From the NCBI GenBank assembly GCA_964561525.1, contig CAZLPY010000001.1, forward strand, positions 1 through 55,079: 55,079 nt of DNA. Direction: 5' to 3'. Source of the DNA: an uncultured Candidatus Saccharibacteria bacterium (GTDB lineage Bacteria > Patescibacteriota > UBA1384 > CAJBMM01). Positions 8,936 through 18,388 of this stretch are shown piece after piece (position 1 is the stretch's first letter; the number at the start of each line of letters is the position of its first letter). The translations under genes were made by a program, and so were the position numbers. The notes below the pieces were generated by a model. It did no database searches. It was not told where the DNA came from and saw only the letters and a list, made by a program, of their open reading frames with translations.

Positions 8936-9579
8936 GGCTTTTGCACTACTAAAGCGTAGTGGTTGTACGGCGAATGAAAACTAGTCGGATAATGTAGCAA
9001 AACGTCTCCACCTAACTTGGTATAATAATCTTGATAAAACGCTACAGGATGATAAGTCAGAGGCTGACCCGCCATCAATGAATCGTGTAAATAGTTCCAG
9101 TAGTACTTCCAGCGGGGGCGAGTACCCACATCCTTCATAAGAATCGTCCCACCGGGCCTCAGCATTGACCACAACTTGGTAATTAACTTTTCCTGTTCAC
9201 CTTTGGCTAAATGATGCATTAAATCGATATAGATAATGGCGTCATACTGTTTTTGATCTTTTAATTTGGTCACGTCTTGGGCTGTAAAGGTGATGTTCGG
9301 TACGTCAGTCAGGCTCTCACTTGCATGCGCTATTCGATCTTGCTGCAGATCAGACGCTATAAATTTCAGGTGTGGGTTTTGCACTGCAAAAATAGTCTCG
9401 AGCGTGCCGTAGCCACAACCCAAACAAAGCACTGTTCCGGCCGGAAGGGTGCTGATGATCTCCGATAACCAATCGACTGGGAAAATAGAGAGGCGTAAAA
9501 AATTATACAACCGCACTTTTTTATTCGTAGTGCGGTAATGTTTGTGCAAAATTGCACTATGGCGACGGTATGCAGACAT
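8932..9579 (-). CDS. class I SAM-dependent methyltransferase
   Basis: VLCLGCGYGTLE (motif I) and AIIYIDLMHHL. The stop codons overlap convergently with those of the GT-C gene. Confidence 0.7.
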   Translation of the reverse strand: MSAYRRHSAILHKHYRTTNKKVRLYNFLRLSIFPVDWLSEIISTLPAGTVLCLGCGYGTLETIFAVQNPHLKFIASDLQQDRIAHASESLTDVPNITFTAQDVTKLKDQKQYDAIIYIDLMHHLAKGEQEKLITKLWSMLRPGGTILMKDVGTRPRWKYYWNYLHDSLMAGQPLTYHPVAFYQDYYTKLGGDVLLHYPTSFHSPYNHYALVVQKP

Positions 9580-9702
9580 AAAAACACCTTCTTTTTATTA
9601 GGCAATTAATTGATTCTACACTTCTTTTGGATTCGGTAACAAGCATTTTTAAGCAAAGATTCTGTCACTCTCTTTGCAGATTCAATATGTTACACTATTT
9701 GC

Positions 9703-10362
9703 ATGAAGCAACGTGCGGAATTGCATTGTCACAGCCATTACTCCAAGGACTGCAACTTGTCCGTCCACGCGATAATCGACCGCTGCGCTCAAAAACAGAT
9801 CAATGTGATTGCCCTCACCGATCACAACGAAATCGCAGGGGCACTGGAGCTGCGCAAGCAAGCACCAGAGTGGCTTCGGGTAATAGTTGGTGAAGAGATT
9901 GCCACTAATGAAGGTGATGTGATCGGGTTATTTTTACAAGGGCGCATAGCACCAAAGCAACCAATAATGCAGACCATTACAGCGATTCACGACCAAGGCG
10001 GATTAGTATTACTGCCTCACCCATTTGATCGCCTGCGACACGAAGCAGTGGGCAAAAAGGTAGTCCCATCAATCTTGCGAGAGATTGATTTTATCGAAAC
10101 CTTCAACGCCCGCTGTATATTTCCGGGCGATAATCACGCCGCCGCTCACGTTGCCGAAACGGAGCGCATTCCGGGATTTGTCGGCTCGGATGCCCATTTG
10201 GCCAGTGAATACGGCAATGCCCTGAACATTATTGAGGGAGAATGGAATAGCACTGAGCAATTTGCAGAGCGCCTGCGGCAAGCACACTTCATTACCCAGA
10301 CCGCGAGTCCGGTCGTACATTTACAAACCAAACTAGTCAAAATGCGAAAGCGCCGGCCTTAA
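9703..10362 (+). CDS. PHP-domain metal-dependent phosphoesterase
   Basis: AELHCHSHYSKDC, ALTDHNEIAG and PHPFDR are typical PHP histidine clusters. Confidence 0.7.
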   Translation: MKQRAELHCHSHYSKDCNLSVHAIIDRCAQKQINVIALTDHNEIAGALELRKQAPEWLRVIVGEEIATNEGDVIGLFLQGRIAPKQPIMQTITAIHDQGGLVLLPHPFDRLRHEAVGKKVVPSILREIDFIETFNARCIFPGDNHAAAHVAETERIPGFVGSDAHLASEYGNALNIIEGEWNSTEQFAERLRQAHFITQTASPVVHLQTKLVKMRKRRP

Positions 10363-10364
10363 GG

Positions 10365-11549
10365 CTAGTGAGACTGCGCTGCAATCTCTCGATACATGTT
10401 GATCACCTGCTCGGCGATGCTTTTTTGTTGCAAACGCTGCCGAGCTACCTGCCAGTTCAACGCTGCGGCTTTATTAACTAAATCATCATCTTGCAAAGCC
10501 TGACGCAACGCATGGGCGACTGCCGCGGCGTCCTCTGGCGGAACAATTGACCCAGTTTGGGCATTACGGATCCATTCATCAGCGCACGAAGTGTCGGATT
10601 GGATTGGGTAAGATCCCATTACCATGGCCTCGAGCACCGCAGTACTAATGGCATCGCTCATACCAAGCGCTATTGAAATGCGGGCAGCACCTTGTAAGCG
10701 CAAGATTTCGTTATGACTGGTTCCACGAGGAATAAGGCGTGTTTTGATGCCTGTGCGCTGTTCAAACCGGCCTAGGGCTTGTGCTACGGCTGCATCAGCA
10801 GAATAAACAACCACCGTGTAGTCCCGTAATAGTGCCTGACAGTCCTCTAGCGCCTCGAGAGCGGTCAAGGCACGTCCAGACCAGCCTTGATACCCTTTGA
10901 GCATAATGAGCTTCCGCGACGACGTGAGGCCCTTTTGGCGCAATTCCCGCGTGCCGGCTAAATCGAACCCCCCGCTGTTCGGCAACACCGGCAGCACTTT
11001 CCCTCGAAACCCAAGCTCTTTGGCCAATCGGACGTCCCGTGCGCATTCACTGGAATAATAATTTGCCTTAGCAAGCACTTGCTTTATCCTCTCCCGATGC
11101 TTTTGGTCCCGACCAAACAGGTAAATGTCACTGCCCCAATTAGTCACGATCCACGGGGGAAAGGGCTGGGTGGTCTCCTGTTTTGCTTCAAGAGTTAGGT
11201 ATCCTCCGCCTTGAATTTCTAGTGAATGGATAACGTCTGGCTTCAGTGTGTCGATCAACTTGGCTAATTGCCGCGCACGATGCGCGGGCTGAAATAGTCG
11301 CTTTAAGCGCCTTGCCGCCGCTGCGATATATTTTTGTTGTAGATTGAGACCTTTCGTTTGCACTGACTGATCAGTATGCAGCTCTCGTGCGTAAATGGAA
11401 TGATGCACGGCAACGTGTCTCAGTGCGGGATGATTTTCGCCATAATCACCACTGGGAAATAGGTGGATCTGGATTCCAGAACCGTGCAGCTGATCAATCC
11501 AACGTGCCGTATGGATGCTTTCCGATTTTGCCACGATCAATAATTTCAT
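10365..11549 (-). CDS. GT4-family (GT-B) glycosyltransferase
   Basis: 394 aa. The C-terminal region ISTAVLEAMVMGSYPIQSD resembles the GT-B EX7E region. It lies in glycan-operon context. Confidence 0.65.
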   Translation of the reverse strand: MKLLIVAKSESIHTARWIDQLHGSGIQIHLFPSGDYGENHPALRHVAVHHSIYARELHTDQSVQTKGLNLQQKYIAAAARRLKRLFQPAHRARQLAKLIDTLKPDVIHSLEIQGGGYLTLEAKQETTQPFPPWIVTNWGSDIYLFGRDQKHRERIKQVLAKANYYSSECARDVRLAKELGFRGKVLPVLPNSGGFDLAGTRELRQKGLTSSRKLIMLKGYQGWSGRALTALEALEDCQALLRDYTVVVYSADAAVAQALGRFEQRTGIKTRLIPRGTSHNEILRLQGAARISIALGMSDAISTAVLEAMVMGSYPIQSDTSCADEWIRNAQTGSIVPPEDAAAVAHALRQALQDDDLVNKAAALNWQVARQRLQQKSIAEQVINMYREIAAQSH

Positions 11550-11554
11550 AATGC

Positions 11555-14293
11555 TTAAGACTTTGCTTTTTTCGGTTTTGATCTACGATCCATAATAAGG
11601 TGATACGCAAACTGTGCAGCACGGAATTTGCCGATGCGATGTCTTAGTCGGGTAAGCACCTCTGGCAGCGTGATCTGCTCTTGACCAAAAAGCGGTTTCA
11701 AAATGCGGCGACGGTAAAAAAACTCTGCCCGGAATGTTAGATGCTGCAAGGTGCGGCTTGATGCTGGAACATTGTGACCGCGCACTCGAGCAATAGCCAC
11801 ATCCTGAAACACGCGTTCAAGATACTGTCTCCAGCGCTCGACCGAATCATGAACCGTTAGCTTTTTATCCAAAATAACCTGACGTGGACTAAAACGGTGG
11901 TTTGGTACTAAATTGATCGCGGCCGCAAAATCGGGTCCAAAGATACCGGCACGGGCCCGTTCGTGCTCGCTAAAGCCACGGAATACGCCGACGTTTTGCA
12001 TCACTACCGGTACGTCACACAAGCACGCCTCAACTGCAGCCAAACACTGTGTCTCAACGTCCGAGCCAATGATAAAAAAATCGGCACAATTCAATAATTT
12101 TGCCAGCAACTTCTGATCGATCCGACTGTATACTCGTGCATTCGGAGATTCGAAGGCCTCATCCTTTTTGGTCACCAATATCCAGGTGATGTCCGAAAAC
12201 TGCTTGATGCAGGAAGCGACACGTGACCAGCCTTTGGTCTCGGAAAAATCGCCGACAAAAATGCCGATACGCTCATCACCAAATTCAAGCTCGCGCCGCA
12301 CTGCCTGCTTATCCATCGGGGTAAATACCGTCTCGTCTGAGCCGACGGTCAGTAACGTAAAATCGTACTCAGGATACGACATCAGTACTTGGTACGAATT
12401 GGTGACGAGACGATTGGCCAAATGAATGGTTTTTTCTTGCTGCACTGATGGTCGCCCCATCGCGCGTAAATTATCTTGTAGGAAAGCAATGGTGACGCGC
12501 GCCTTATCGATTAAATCTATAAATGTTGCGTTCTGTATCAGTACGGTAGTCTGTGGATGATGAGTCTCAATGTACTGGGACGCTTTTTTGGCGAAGTTCC
12601 CTTGGCTGCCTACCAGTCGAGTATCGACGCCGTAGCTCGAGGGCAAACCTTCCAGCAAAAAATCCCATAGTACACGCTCTCCCATCGATCCAGTCACCAA
12701 GTCGTTGCAGATGGCAACATGCTTGTCCGCTTGCTCTTCAATAGATGCCGAGCTCGATTTTTCTCCTTGTTGGAAGTGATAGACGATCGAATCAAACGCG
12801 GTGACATGACGTACCCCAATCTGCTCCATTTTTTGGATTAAAATGGCATCACCTGAAATCAGTTGCTCTCCCTCTTTGGCGATGTTAGGGTGATGAATAC
12901 CTGAATCTGGTGTAGCGTTGCCGGGTGGATAGCCGCCAATTTTTTGAAAATGGTCTTTTCGCATCAACAGTGGCATGTACAAACCGCCATCTTCAACCGT
13001 TGGCTTCGCTGCAACAGCGGCGTAATGCTGGAAACCATCCTCGTCAAACGAGTCGATCGTGCTGCCAAAGTTTTTTTCGATACCAAAGGTTCCGCTACGG
13101 AGTCGCCCAGATTCTACCAAGCGAGAAGCCACACAGTTTTTGCCGTCATATACCGCAAAAAGATTATCCAGCCAGCCAGGCGTAAATGCCATGTCGGAGT
13201 TGATAAAAACCAGAAAATCGCCTTTTGCCTGCTTTGCCGCAAAATTATAGGCGCGGTACACATTGTTGATATACCATTCTTTTTTGTGCTCCGCAGTATT
13301 TTGCCAGACATGATGCGGGATGTAGTTATCTCTTAAATAATCGAGCACCGGCTGCTCTGCATCATTGGTGACGAAAAAAAACTCGACGTTCGTCATATCA
13401 GTGTATTTCAGTACTTGTTCGTGCACAAACTGTAACCAATCGACACTTTTGTATACTAAACAGGCAATCGAGAACCGGGGACGCTGCACCGCTTCACGAT
13501 AGGATTCAACCGAGGCTAAGCCTTCAGCGAATAATAGGGTATGTGGCGGTGATTCATCCTGATATAAACCGGGTGGAAACAGCTTTTGTGGTACTTTGTT
13601 AAGCTCGAGCTGGTCTTCACTAATGAAACGATCCAACATGTTGTAGCCCCGTTGACCATGCGCTCGGTAGGTAAGATACTTATAGGCCAGGTTTTTTTGA
13701 TCGGCAAAGCCATAATGCAGCACCGCTAAACGATCACTTTTCGCTACTCGTTCCACAGATGGCGGTACCAAAATCTGATGCAGACCCTCGCCCGGCTCCG
13801 CGTACAAAAGATTATTTGTGACTCGCCACAGCCGCGTATACCAGCCATCTCCATACAGACTATCTAGGCGCTCATAGGTCGCGCTGCGCCACAAGTTAAT
13901 CTCGCGCAAACTGATGCCGTCCAGATCTTGTTGCATACACTCGTGGCATAGGTGTTGCAGTTGCCGTTCTGCACCCGCGGTCAGCACCTCATCCGCATCG
14001 AGCCACAGAATAAAATCGGGTTTTAGTGTTAGTGCTTTGTCCAAAAGCTGCTGCTTGTGGGCTAACTCATGGCCAAAATTGTTTTTGCTGCCGCGGATCA
14101 ATTGTACTGGCTGATCAAGCAGATACTCGAACGTGCCGTCAGTCGATCCATCGTCGTACATTACCAGTTCGTCAACGACCGGGCGGACATATTGCAAAAA
14201 GCGCATCAGATTGCCTTTTTCCAGCTCGTTATAGACCTGACAAATCCCAACTATTTTATAGCGAGACTCTGTCGCTAGTGCTTTTCTTGCCAT
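11555..14293 (-). CDS. three-domain glycosyltransferase (GT2 + GT2 + GT4-like), candidate glycan polymerase
   Basis: Domain 1: VMYDDGSTDGT ... WLDADEVL. Domain 2: FSIACLVYKS ... FINSDMAF. Domain 3: FFIIGSDVETQCLAAVEACLCDVPVVM. It overlaps the upstream methyltransferase gene by 19 nt. Confidence 0.7.
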   Translation of the reverse strand: MARKALATESRYKIVGICQVYNELEKGNLMRFLQYVRPVVDELVMYDDGSTDGTFEYLLDQPVQLIRGSKNNFGHELAHKQQLLDKALTLKPDFILWLDADEVLTAGAERQLQHLCHECMQQDLDGISLREINLWRSATYERLDSLYGDGWYTRLWRVTNNLLYAEPGEGLHQILVPPSVERVAKSDRLAVLHYGFADQKNLAYKYLTYRAHGQRGYNMLDRFISEDQLELNKVPQKLFPPGLYQDESPPHTLLFAEGLASVESYREAVQRPRFSIACLVYKSVDWLQFVHEQVLKYTDMTNVEFFFVTNDAEQPVLDYLRDNYIPHHVWQNTAEHKKEWYINNVYRAYNFAAKQAKGDFLVFINSDMAFTPGWLDNLFAVYDGKNCVASRLVESGRLRSGTFGIEKNFGSTIDSFDEDGFQHYAAVAAKPTVEDGGLYMPLLMRKDHFQKIGGYPPGNATPDSGIHHPNIAKEGEQLISGDAILIQKMEQIGVRHVTAFDSIVYHFQQGEKSSSASIEEQADKHVAICNDLVTGSMGERVLWDFLLEGLPSSYGVDTRLVGSQGNFAKKASQYIETHHPQTTVLIQNATFIDLIDKARVTIAFLQDNLRAMGRPSVQQEKTIHLANRLVTNSYQVLMSYPEYDFTLLTVGSDETVFTPMDKQAVRRELEFGDERIGIFVGDFSETKGWSRVASCIKQFSDITWILVTKKDEAFESPNARVYSRIDQKLLAKLLNCADFFIIGSDVETQCLAAVEACLCDVPVVMQNVGVFRGFSEHERARAGIFGPDFAAAINLVPNHRFSPRQVILDKKLTVHDSVERWRQYLERVFQDVAIARVRGHNVPASSRTLQHLTFRAEFFYRRRILKPLFGQEQITLPEVLTRLRHRIGKFRAAQFAYHLIMDRRSKPKKAKS

Positions 14294-14862
14294 TGCAACT
14301 GCTCTTTTCGTTTTCGGCAGATGGTTACTCCGGGATGCACTGGAATCGTGACCATTTCATAGTCCTTACAGTAGTGAGATAGCTCAGCGATCGCCTTGTA
14401 TCCATCACCACAATAGCCGGGCTGCATCTGCACTTCATCCTTGGGATGTCCGTCGTGCATGATAATTAAGCCATGATCGCGCACTAGTGGGAAAAAGGCT
14501 TCAAAATCGGCTTTGACAGATTTTGCCGAGTGATCTGCATCGATGAACAGCATATCAATGACGATCTTCTTTTTGCTTAAATGTTTGGCTAGTTCAAGCG
14601 TGCTACCGTGGAAAAACGAGGCTTTAGGGGAACGAATCATGAATTCACCGGCACTCTCAGCCATATCAACTCCAATAAGCTGATCAGCGTAAGGCACAAT
14701 CTGATTGAACAATATGCATTGGTATAGGCCCAATTCAACGTAAACCTTTGGTCTAACCACTTGCGCAAGATGCACAATAAATTCCTCATGCCAGTTTGGG
14801 GCTACTCCGGGCATGCTTTGCTTGTCTTTAAATAGGCGCTGCAGGATTGTCCTTGTGTTCAT
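14275..14862 (-). CDS. class I SAM-dependent methyltransferase (TylF/O-MT-like)
   Basis: YVELGLYQC ... LFIDADHSAKSVKADFEAFFPLVRDHGLIIMHD. There is an ATGA overlap with the wzt-like gene. Confidence 0.6.
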   Translation of the reverse strand: MNTRTILQRLFKDKQSMPGVAPNWHEEFIVHLAQVVRPKVYVELGLYQCILFNQIVPYADQLIGVDMAESAGEFMIRSPKASFFHGSTLELAKHLSKKKIVIDMLFIDADHSAKSVKADFEAFFPLVRDHGLIIMHDGHPKDEVQMQPGYCGDGYKAIAELSHYCKDYEMVTIPVHPGVTICRKRKEQLQWQEKH

Positions 14863-16118
14863 GTGCTCCTCGCTTGTTTATTAGCAGAAACATTGTTCCA
14901 ATGGCACGGGTACAATACTACACCATCATAATGCTGTCCGATTACCTGATCAGGATCGGTTGAAAGTCTTTCCACGGTGAAGGTGGTAGCTTCAGGTATC
15001 CAATCGGTAACCTCGGTCCCATTTGCGCCAAGGCCAATGGCGTACATTCCAGGACCAAAGATATTGGGGTCAAAGTTTACCCGAAATACCACCGGTCCGG
15101 GACTTAGGTTTTGTAGCAAATCTTGCGAAGTTGCGAACGAGTTAAATAAGGGGTAGCCAAGCGACGAGTTCACATTAAACCCTAAGTTCCAATCGTTAGT
15201 TTGGCGATGCAGGAGCCCATGGATTTCAATTGAAAACGTTTCTCCGAGTGTAATAGTAGAGCTCGCTCGGCCTTTTGCATTGATGATACGTAGACGCTGA
15301 AACTGAAACGCACTACTTTCAAGTGAGTTTTTGCGTGCATCGCTTCCGGAAAGATCAACGTCAGCGGTATCGCCTGAGTGTGCTTCAGACAAATATTTAC
15401 CAACGATCGTAGCGGTCGGACCAATATCAACCATTGTGCCTTTATCCAGCCATAGCGTGCGCTGGCACAACTCGTTAATAACCGCCATATTATGGCTAAC
15501 AAAGATGATGGTACGTCCCTCTTGCCCCACCTCGCCCATTTTATTCAAGCATTTTTTTTGAAATCGAGCGTCCCCTACTGCCAGCACCTCATCCACAATC
15601 AGAATCTCCGGCTCTAAATGCGCTGCTACAGCAAAAGCCAGACGCACGTACATGCCGGACGAATAGCGCTTAACCGGAGTATCGAGGAATTGCCCGATCT
15701 CCGCAAAATCGACAATTTGATCAAATTTACGTTTCACTTCGGCTCGCGACATCCCGAGCACTGCTCCGTTCAGATAGATATTTTCACGGCCGGTCAGCTC
15801 AGGATGAAACCCCGTTCCGACTTCCAGAAGCGACGCCACTCGGCCACGCAGGGTAATGCGGCCACGAGATGGCGGGGTAATTTGAGATAATATTTTAAGC
15901 AGCGTGCTTTTGCCAGCGCCATTCCGACCGATTACGCCGATAGCCTCGCCCGGACCTATATCCAACGTCAGATCTTTAAGAGCCCAGAACTTATTTTTTT
16001 GACTGGGACGCTTGCCAAAAATGCCTGCAATTGCGTCGCGCAGCGACAGATATGATTGTGTGGCACCAAGAGTGTATTGCTTGCCAACGCCTTCAATTGA
16101 AATAATCGGATTGCTCAT
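14859..16118 (-). CDS. wzt: polysaccharide ABC exporter ATP-binding protein (Wzt/TagH-like) with a C-terminal extension
   Basis: Walker A GRNGAGKST, signature YSSGMYVRL, Walker B ILIVDE. An extra C-terminal domain of about 170 aa follows. Confidence 0.85.
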   Translation of the reverse strand: MSNPIISIEGVGKQYTLGATQSYLSLRDAIAGIFGKRPSQKNKFWALKDLTLDIGPGEAIGVIGRNGAGKSTLLKILSQITPPSRGRITLRGRVASLLEVGTGFHPELTGRENIYLNGAVLGMSRAEVKRKFDQIVDFAEIGQFLDTPVKRYSSGMYVRLAFAVAAHLEPEILIVDEVLAVGDARFQKKCLNKMGEVGQEGRTIIFVSHNMAVINELCQRTLWLDKGTMVDIGPTATIVGKYLSEAHSGDTADVDLSGSDARKNSLESSAFQFQRLRIINAKGRASSTITLGETFSIEIHGLLHRQTNDWNLGFNVNSSLGYPLFNSFATSQDLLQNLSPGPVVFRVNFDPNIFGPGMYAIGLGANGTEVTDWIPEATTFTVERLSTDPDQVIGQHYDGVVLYPCHWNNVSANKQARST

Positions 16119-16130
16119 CTTTCGATACCT

Positions 16131-16964
16131 TTACAACACATCTGCAAAAAAACGTTCTGTTTTTTTGAAATAACTCATCCCGGCCGCGAGCATCAGTACG
16201 CTGATTGCGGCAGTTGCGGCCAACGTATGCCAGTTCACCGGGCCAGTAGACAATAAACTAGTACGGGCTGAGGAGATGACGCCAGCCATCGGATTTAAGA
16301 AAACAATCCACTGGAATCGCGCTGGAATAATGCTTGAAGGATAAATCACCGGAGTGAGGAACAGTAAAATTTGGATGAAAAACGGCAGCACGTAGCGCAC
16401 ATCACGATATTTGGTGTTGATGGCAGCAAAAAATAAGCCGATACCAGAGGCACTACACAAAGCGAGCACAAATAGCAACGGCAACAGCACTAAGCCAAGC
16501 AATGAGGGGGTGAAGTGATAATACAACATAATCACAAACAGAATGATCAGCGCGAATAAAAAATCAACCGCTGGTGTGACAGAGGTGCTAATTGGCAAAA
16601 TCAAGCGCGGAAAATAGACCTTTTTGACCATATTTTCATTATCAATCATGCTCGATGAAGCACCGCTCAAGGCAGTAATAAAGTACGTCCACAGCAACAG
16701 TCCGGTGTAGACGAAGATAGGGTAGGGGATTCCGTCAGATGGAATGTGGGCAAAGTTGCCAAAAAAAATGGTGAACACCACCATGGTCAGGAACGGTTGC
16801 AGGATGGCCCACAACACCCCAAGGGCAGTCTGTTTATAGCGTACTTTGATGTCGCGCCATACGAAAATATAAAAAAGCTCCCGAAAGCGCCATAATTCTG
16901 ACCACTGATTTCGCAGGCTTTTGCCGGGTTCGATCACAATTTCGGGTTTCGGTGTGCTATCCAT
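16131..16964 (-). CDS. wzm: polysaccharide ABC exporter permease (ABC-2 type, Wzm/TagG-like)
   Basis: 277 aa, with about six TM helices. It sits immediately upstream of the wzt-like gene. Confidence 0.8.
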   Translation of the reverse strand: MDSTPKPEIVIEPGKSLRNQWSELWRFRELFYIFVWRDIKVRYKQTALGVLWAILQPFLTMVVFTIFFGNFAHIPSDGIPYPIFVYTGLLLWTYFITALSGASSSMIDNENMVKKVYFPRLILPISTSVTPAVDFLFALIILFVIMLYYHFTPSLLGLVLLPLLFVLALCSASGIGLFFAAINTKYRDVRYVLPFFIQILLFLTPVIYPSSIIPARFQWIVFLNPMAGVISSARTSLLSTGPVNWHTLAATAAISVLMLAAGMSYFKKTERFFADVL

Positions 16965-17092
16965 AAATTCCGGTACTTGATCTTATCATTAGGCGAATTG
17001 TATCAGATTATCGCTGCTGCATCCATCACAAATTAAAATGCGGCCTAAAAATCTGTGAGGCACCTATAATGAGATATTCGAACAGCATCGAT

Positions 17093-18388
17093 TTAAAGAG
17101 ACTGATAGATCACACCAGAGCGCTTGAATTCAGGAAAAGCATGCCGAACATCGATAATTACCGGACGCATCCCGGCAGCTCCCATAATCTGATGCTGCAG
17201 CTGTAAAAAGATCTGATGAGGAGTGGCGATGATCACTGCATCGTATGTTTTTTGTAGATCAGGCACTGCCGTGACCCCGAATTCATGCGTGATATCTGAG
17301 TCGGTAAGTAGTGGATCATACCCGCTTACAAGAGCTCCTAACTGTTGTAGCCGCTTGATGGTCAATGCAATTTTCGAATTGCGCAGATCTTTGACGTTTT
17401 CCTTAAAGGTCAATCCCATCACCAAAATACGCGCTCCAGCAACGTCACGCTTCGCTTCCGTTAAGCCACGCACACAAAGGTCGGCCACAAATTCTGGCAT
17501 ATAATCGTTTACCCTGCGACCGGCGGTCACCACCTCTGGGCGATACCCAACTTCCAGCGCTTTTTGCACTAAATAGTAAGGGTCGACCCCAATACAATGA
17601 CCACCCACCAAACCGGGCGTGAATTGCAAAAAGTTCCATTTGGTACTTGCAGCCGCCAAAACGTCATGGGTATCTATATCAAGACGATGAAAAATTAACG
17701 AAAGTTCATTCATCAGGGCGATATTTAAGTCGCGTTGCGTGTTTTCGATCACCTTGGCCGCCTCCGCGGTTTTGATAGTTTTAGCCCGAAATACACCGGC
17801 TTTGCACACCAATCCGTACACCTCGGCGATACGGTCGGAGGATGCCTGATCCATTCCGGCTACCACTTTGACGATTTTTTCCAAGGAGTGCTCGTGATCG
17901 CCTGGATTAATACGCTCCGGAGAGTAGCCGACCTTAAAATCGCGCCCGCACTTAAGGCCAGACGCCTTTTCCAATATCGGCGCGCATATTTCTTCCGTTA
18001 CCCCGGGATAGACCGTTGATTCGTAGACCACAATCGATCCGGGTTGGATGTTTCTGCCAACCATTTCACTTGCCTTTTCGACCAGGCTTAAATCTGGTTT
18101 GTTCAGAGCATCAACCGGCGTTGGCACCGCCACAATTACAAAATTAGCTTGTTTGATATCGGCCTGGTCAGTACTGTAGATCACTTTGGCCGATGCAAAC
18201 TCCGATTTGCTTAATTCTCCGGTTGCATCAATCGCAGTCCTAAGCTCGTCAACCCGCCGCTGGTTTACATCAAATCCATATGTTTTGACACCGGACCGGC
18301 CAAATGCCAGTGCCAGTGGCAACCCAACATAACCAAGGCCGACCACACACACCGTCAAATCGGAGGTAGTTACTGGTTTTTGTACCAT
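17093..18388 (-). CDS. UDP-N-acetylhexosamine 6-dehydrogenase-like nucleotide-sugar dehydrogenase (TviB/WbpO/WecC family)
   Basis: VCVVGLGYVGLPLALAFG Rossmann motif and the GGHCIGVDPYY catalytic Cys motif. 431 aa. Confidence 0.8.
   Translation of the reverse strand: MVQKPVTTSDLTVCVVGLGYVGLPLALAFGRSGVKTYGFDVNQRRVDELRTAIDATGELSKSEFASAKVIYSTDQADIKQANFVIVAVPTPVDALNKPDLSLVEKASEMVGRNIQPGSIVVYESTVYPGVTEEICAPILEKASGLKCGRDFKVGYSPERINPGDHEHSLEKIVKVVAGMDQASSDRIAEVYGLVCKAGVFRAKTIKTAEAAKVIENTQRDLNIALMNELSLIFHRLDIDTHDVLAAASTKWNFLQFTPGLVGGHCIGVDPYYLVQKALEVGYRPEVVTAGRRVNDYMPEFVADLCVRGLTEAKRDVAGARILVMGLTFKENVKDLRNSKIALTIKRLQQLGALVSGYDPLLTDSDITHEFGVTAVPDLQKTYDAVIIATPHQIFLQLQHQIMGAAGMRPVIIDVRHAFPEFKRSGVIYQSL

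Noticed and set aside
8929-8940. Shared cttaaggct motif at two convergent gene ends (8932 and 10362)
   Set aside because: It is a short 9-nt coincidence created by overlapping or adjacent stop codons (TTAA/TAAGGCTA). There is no extended similarity or hairpin.
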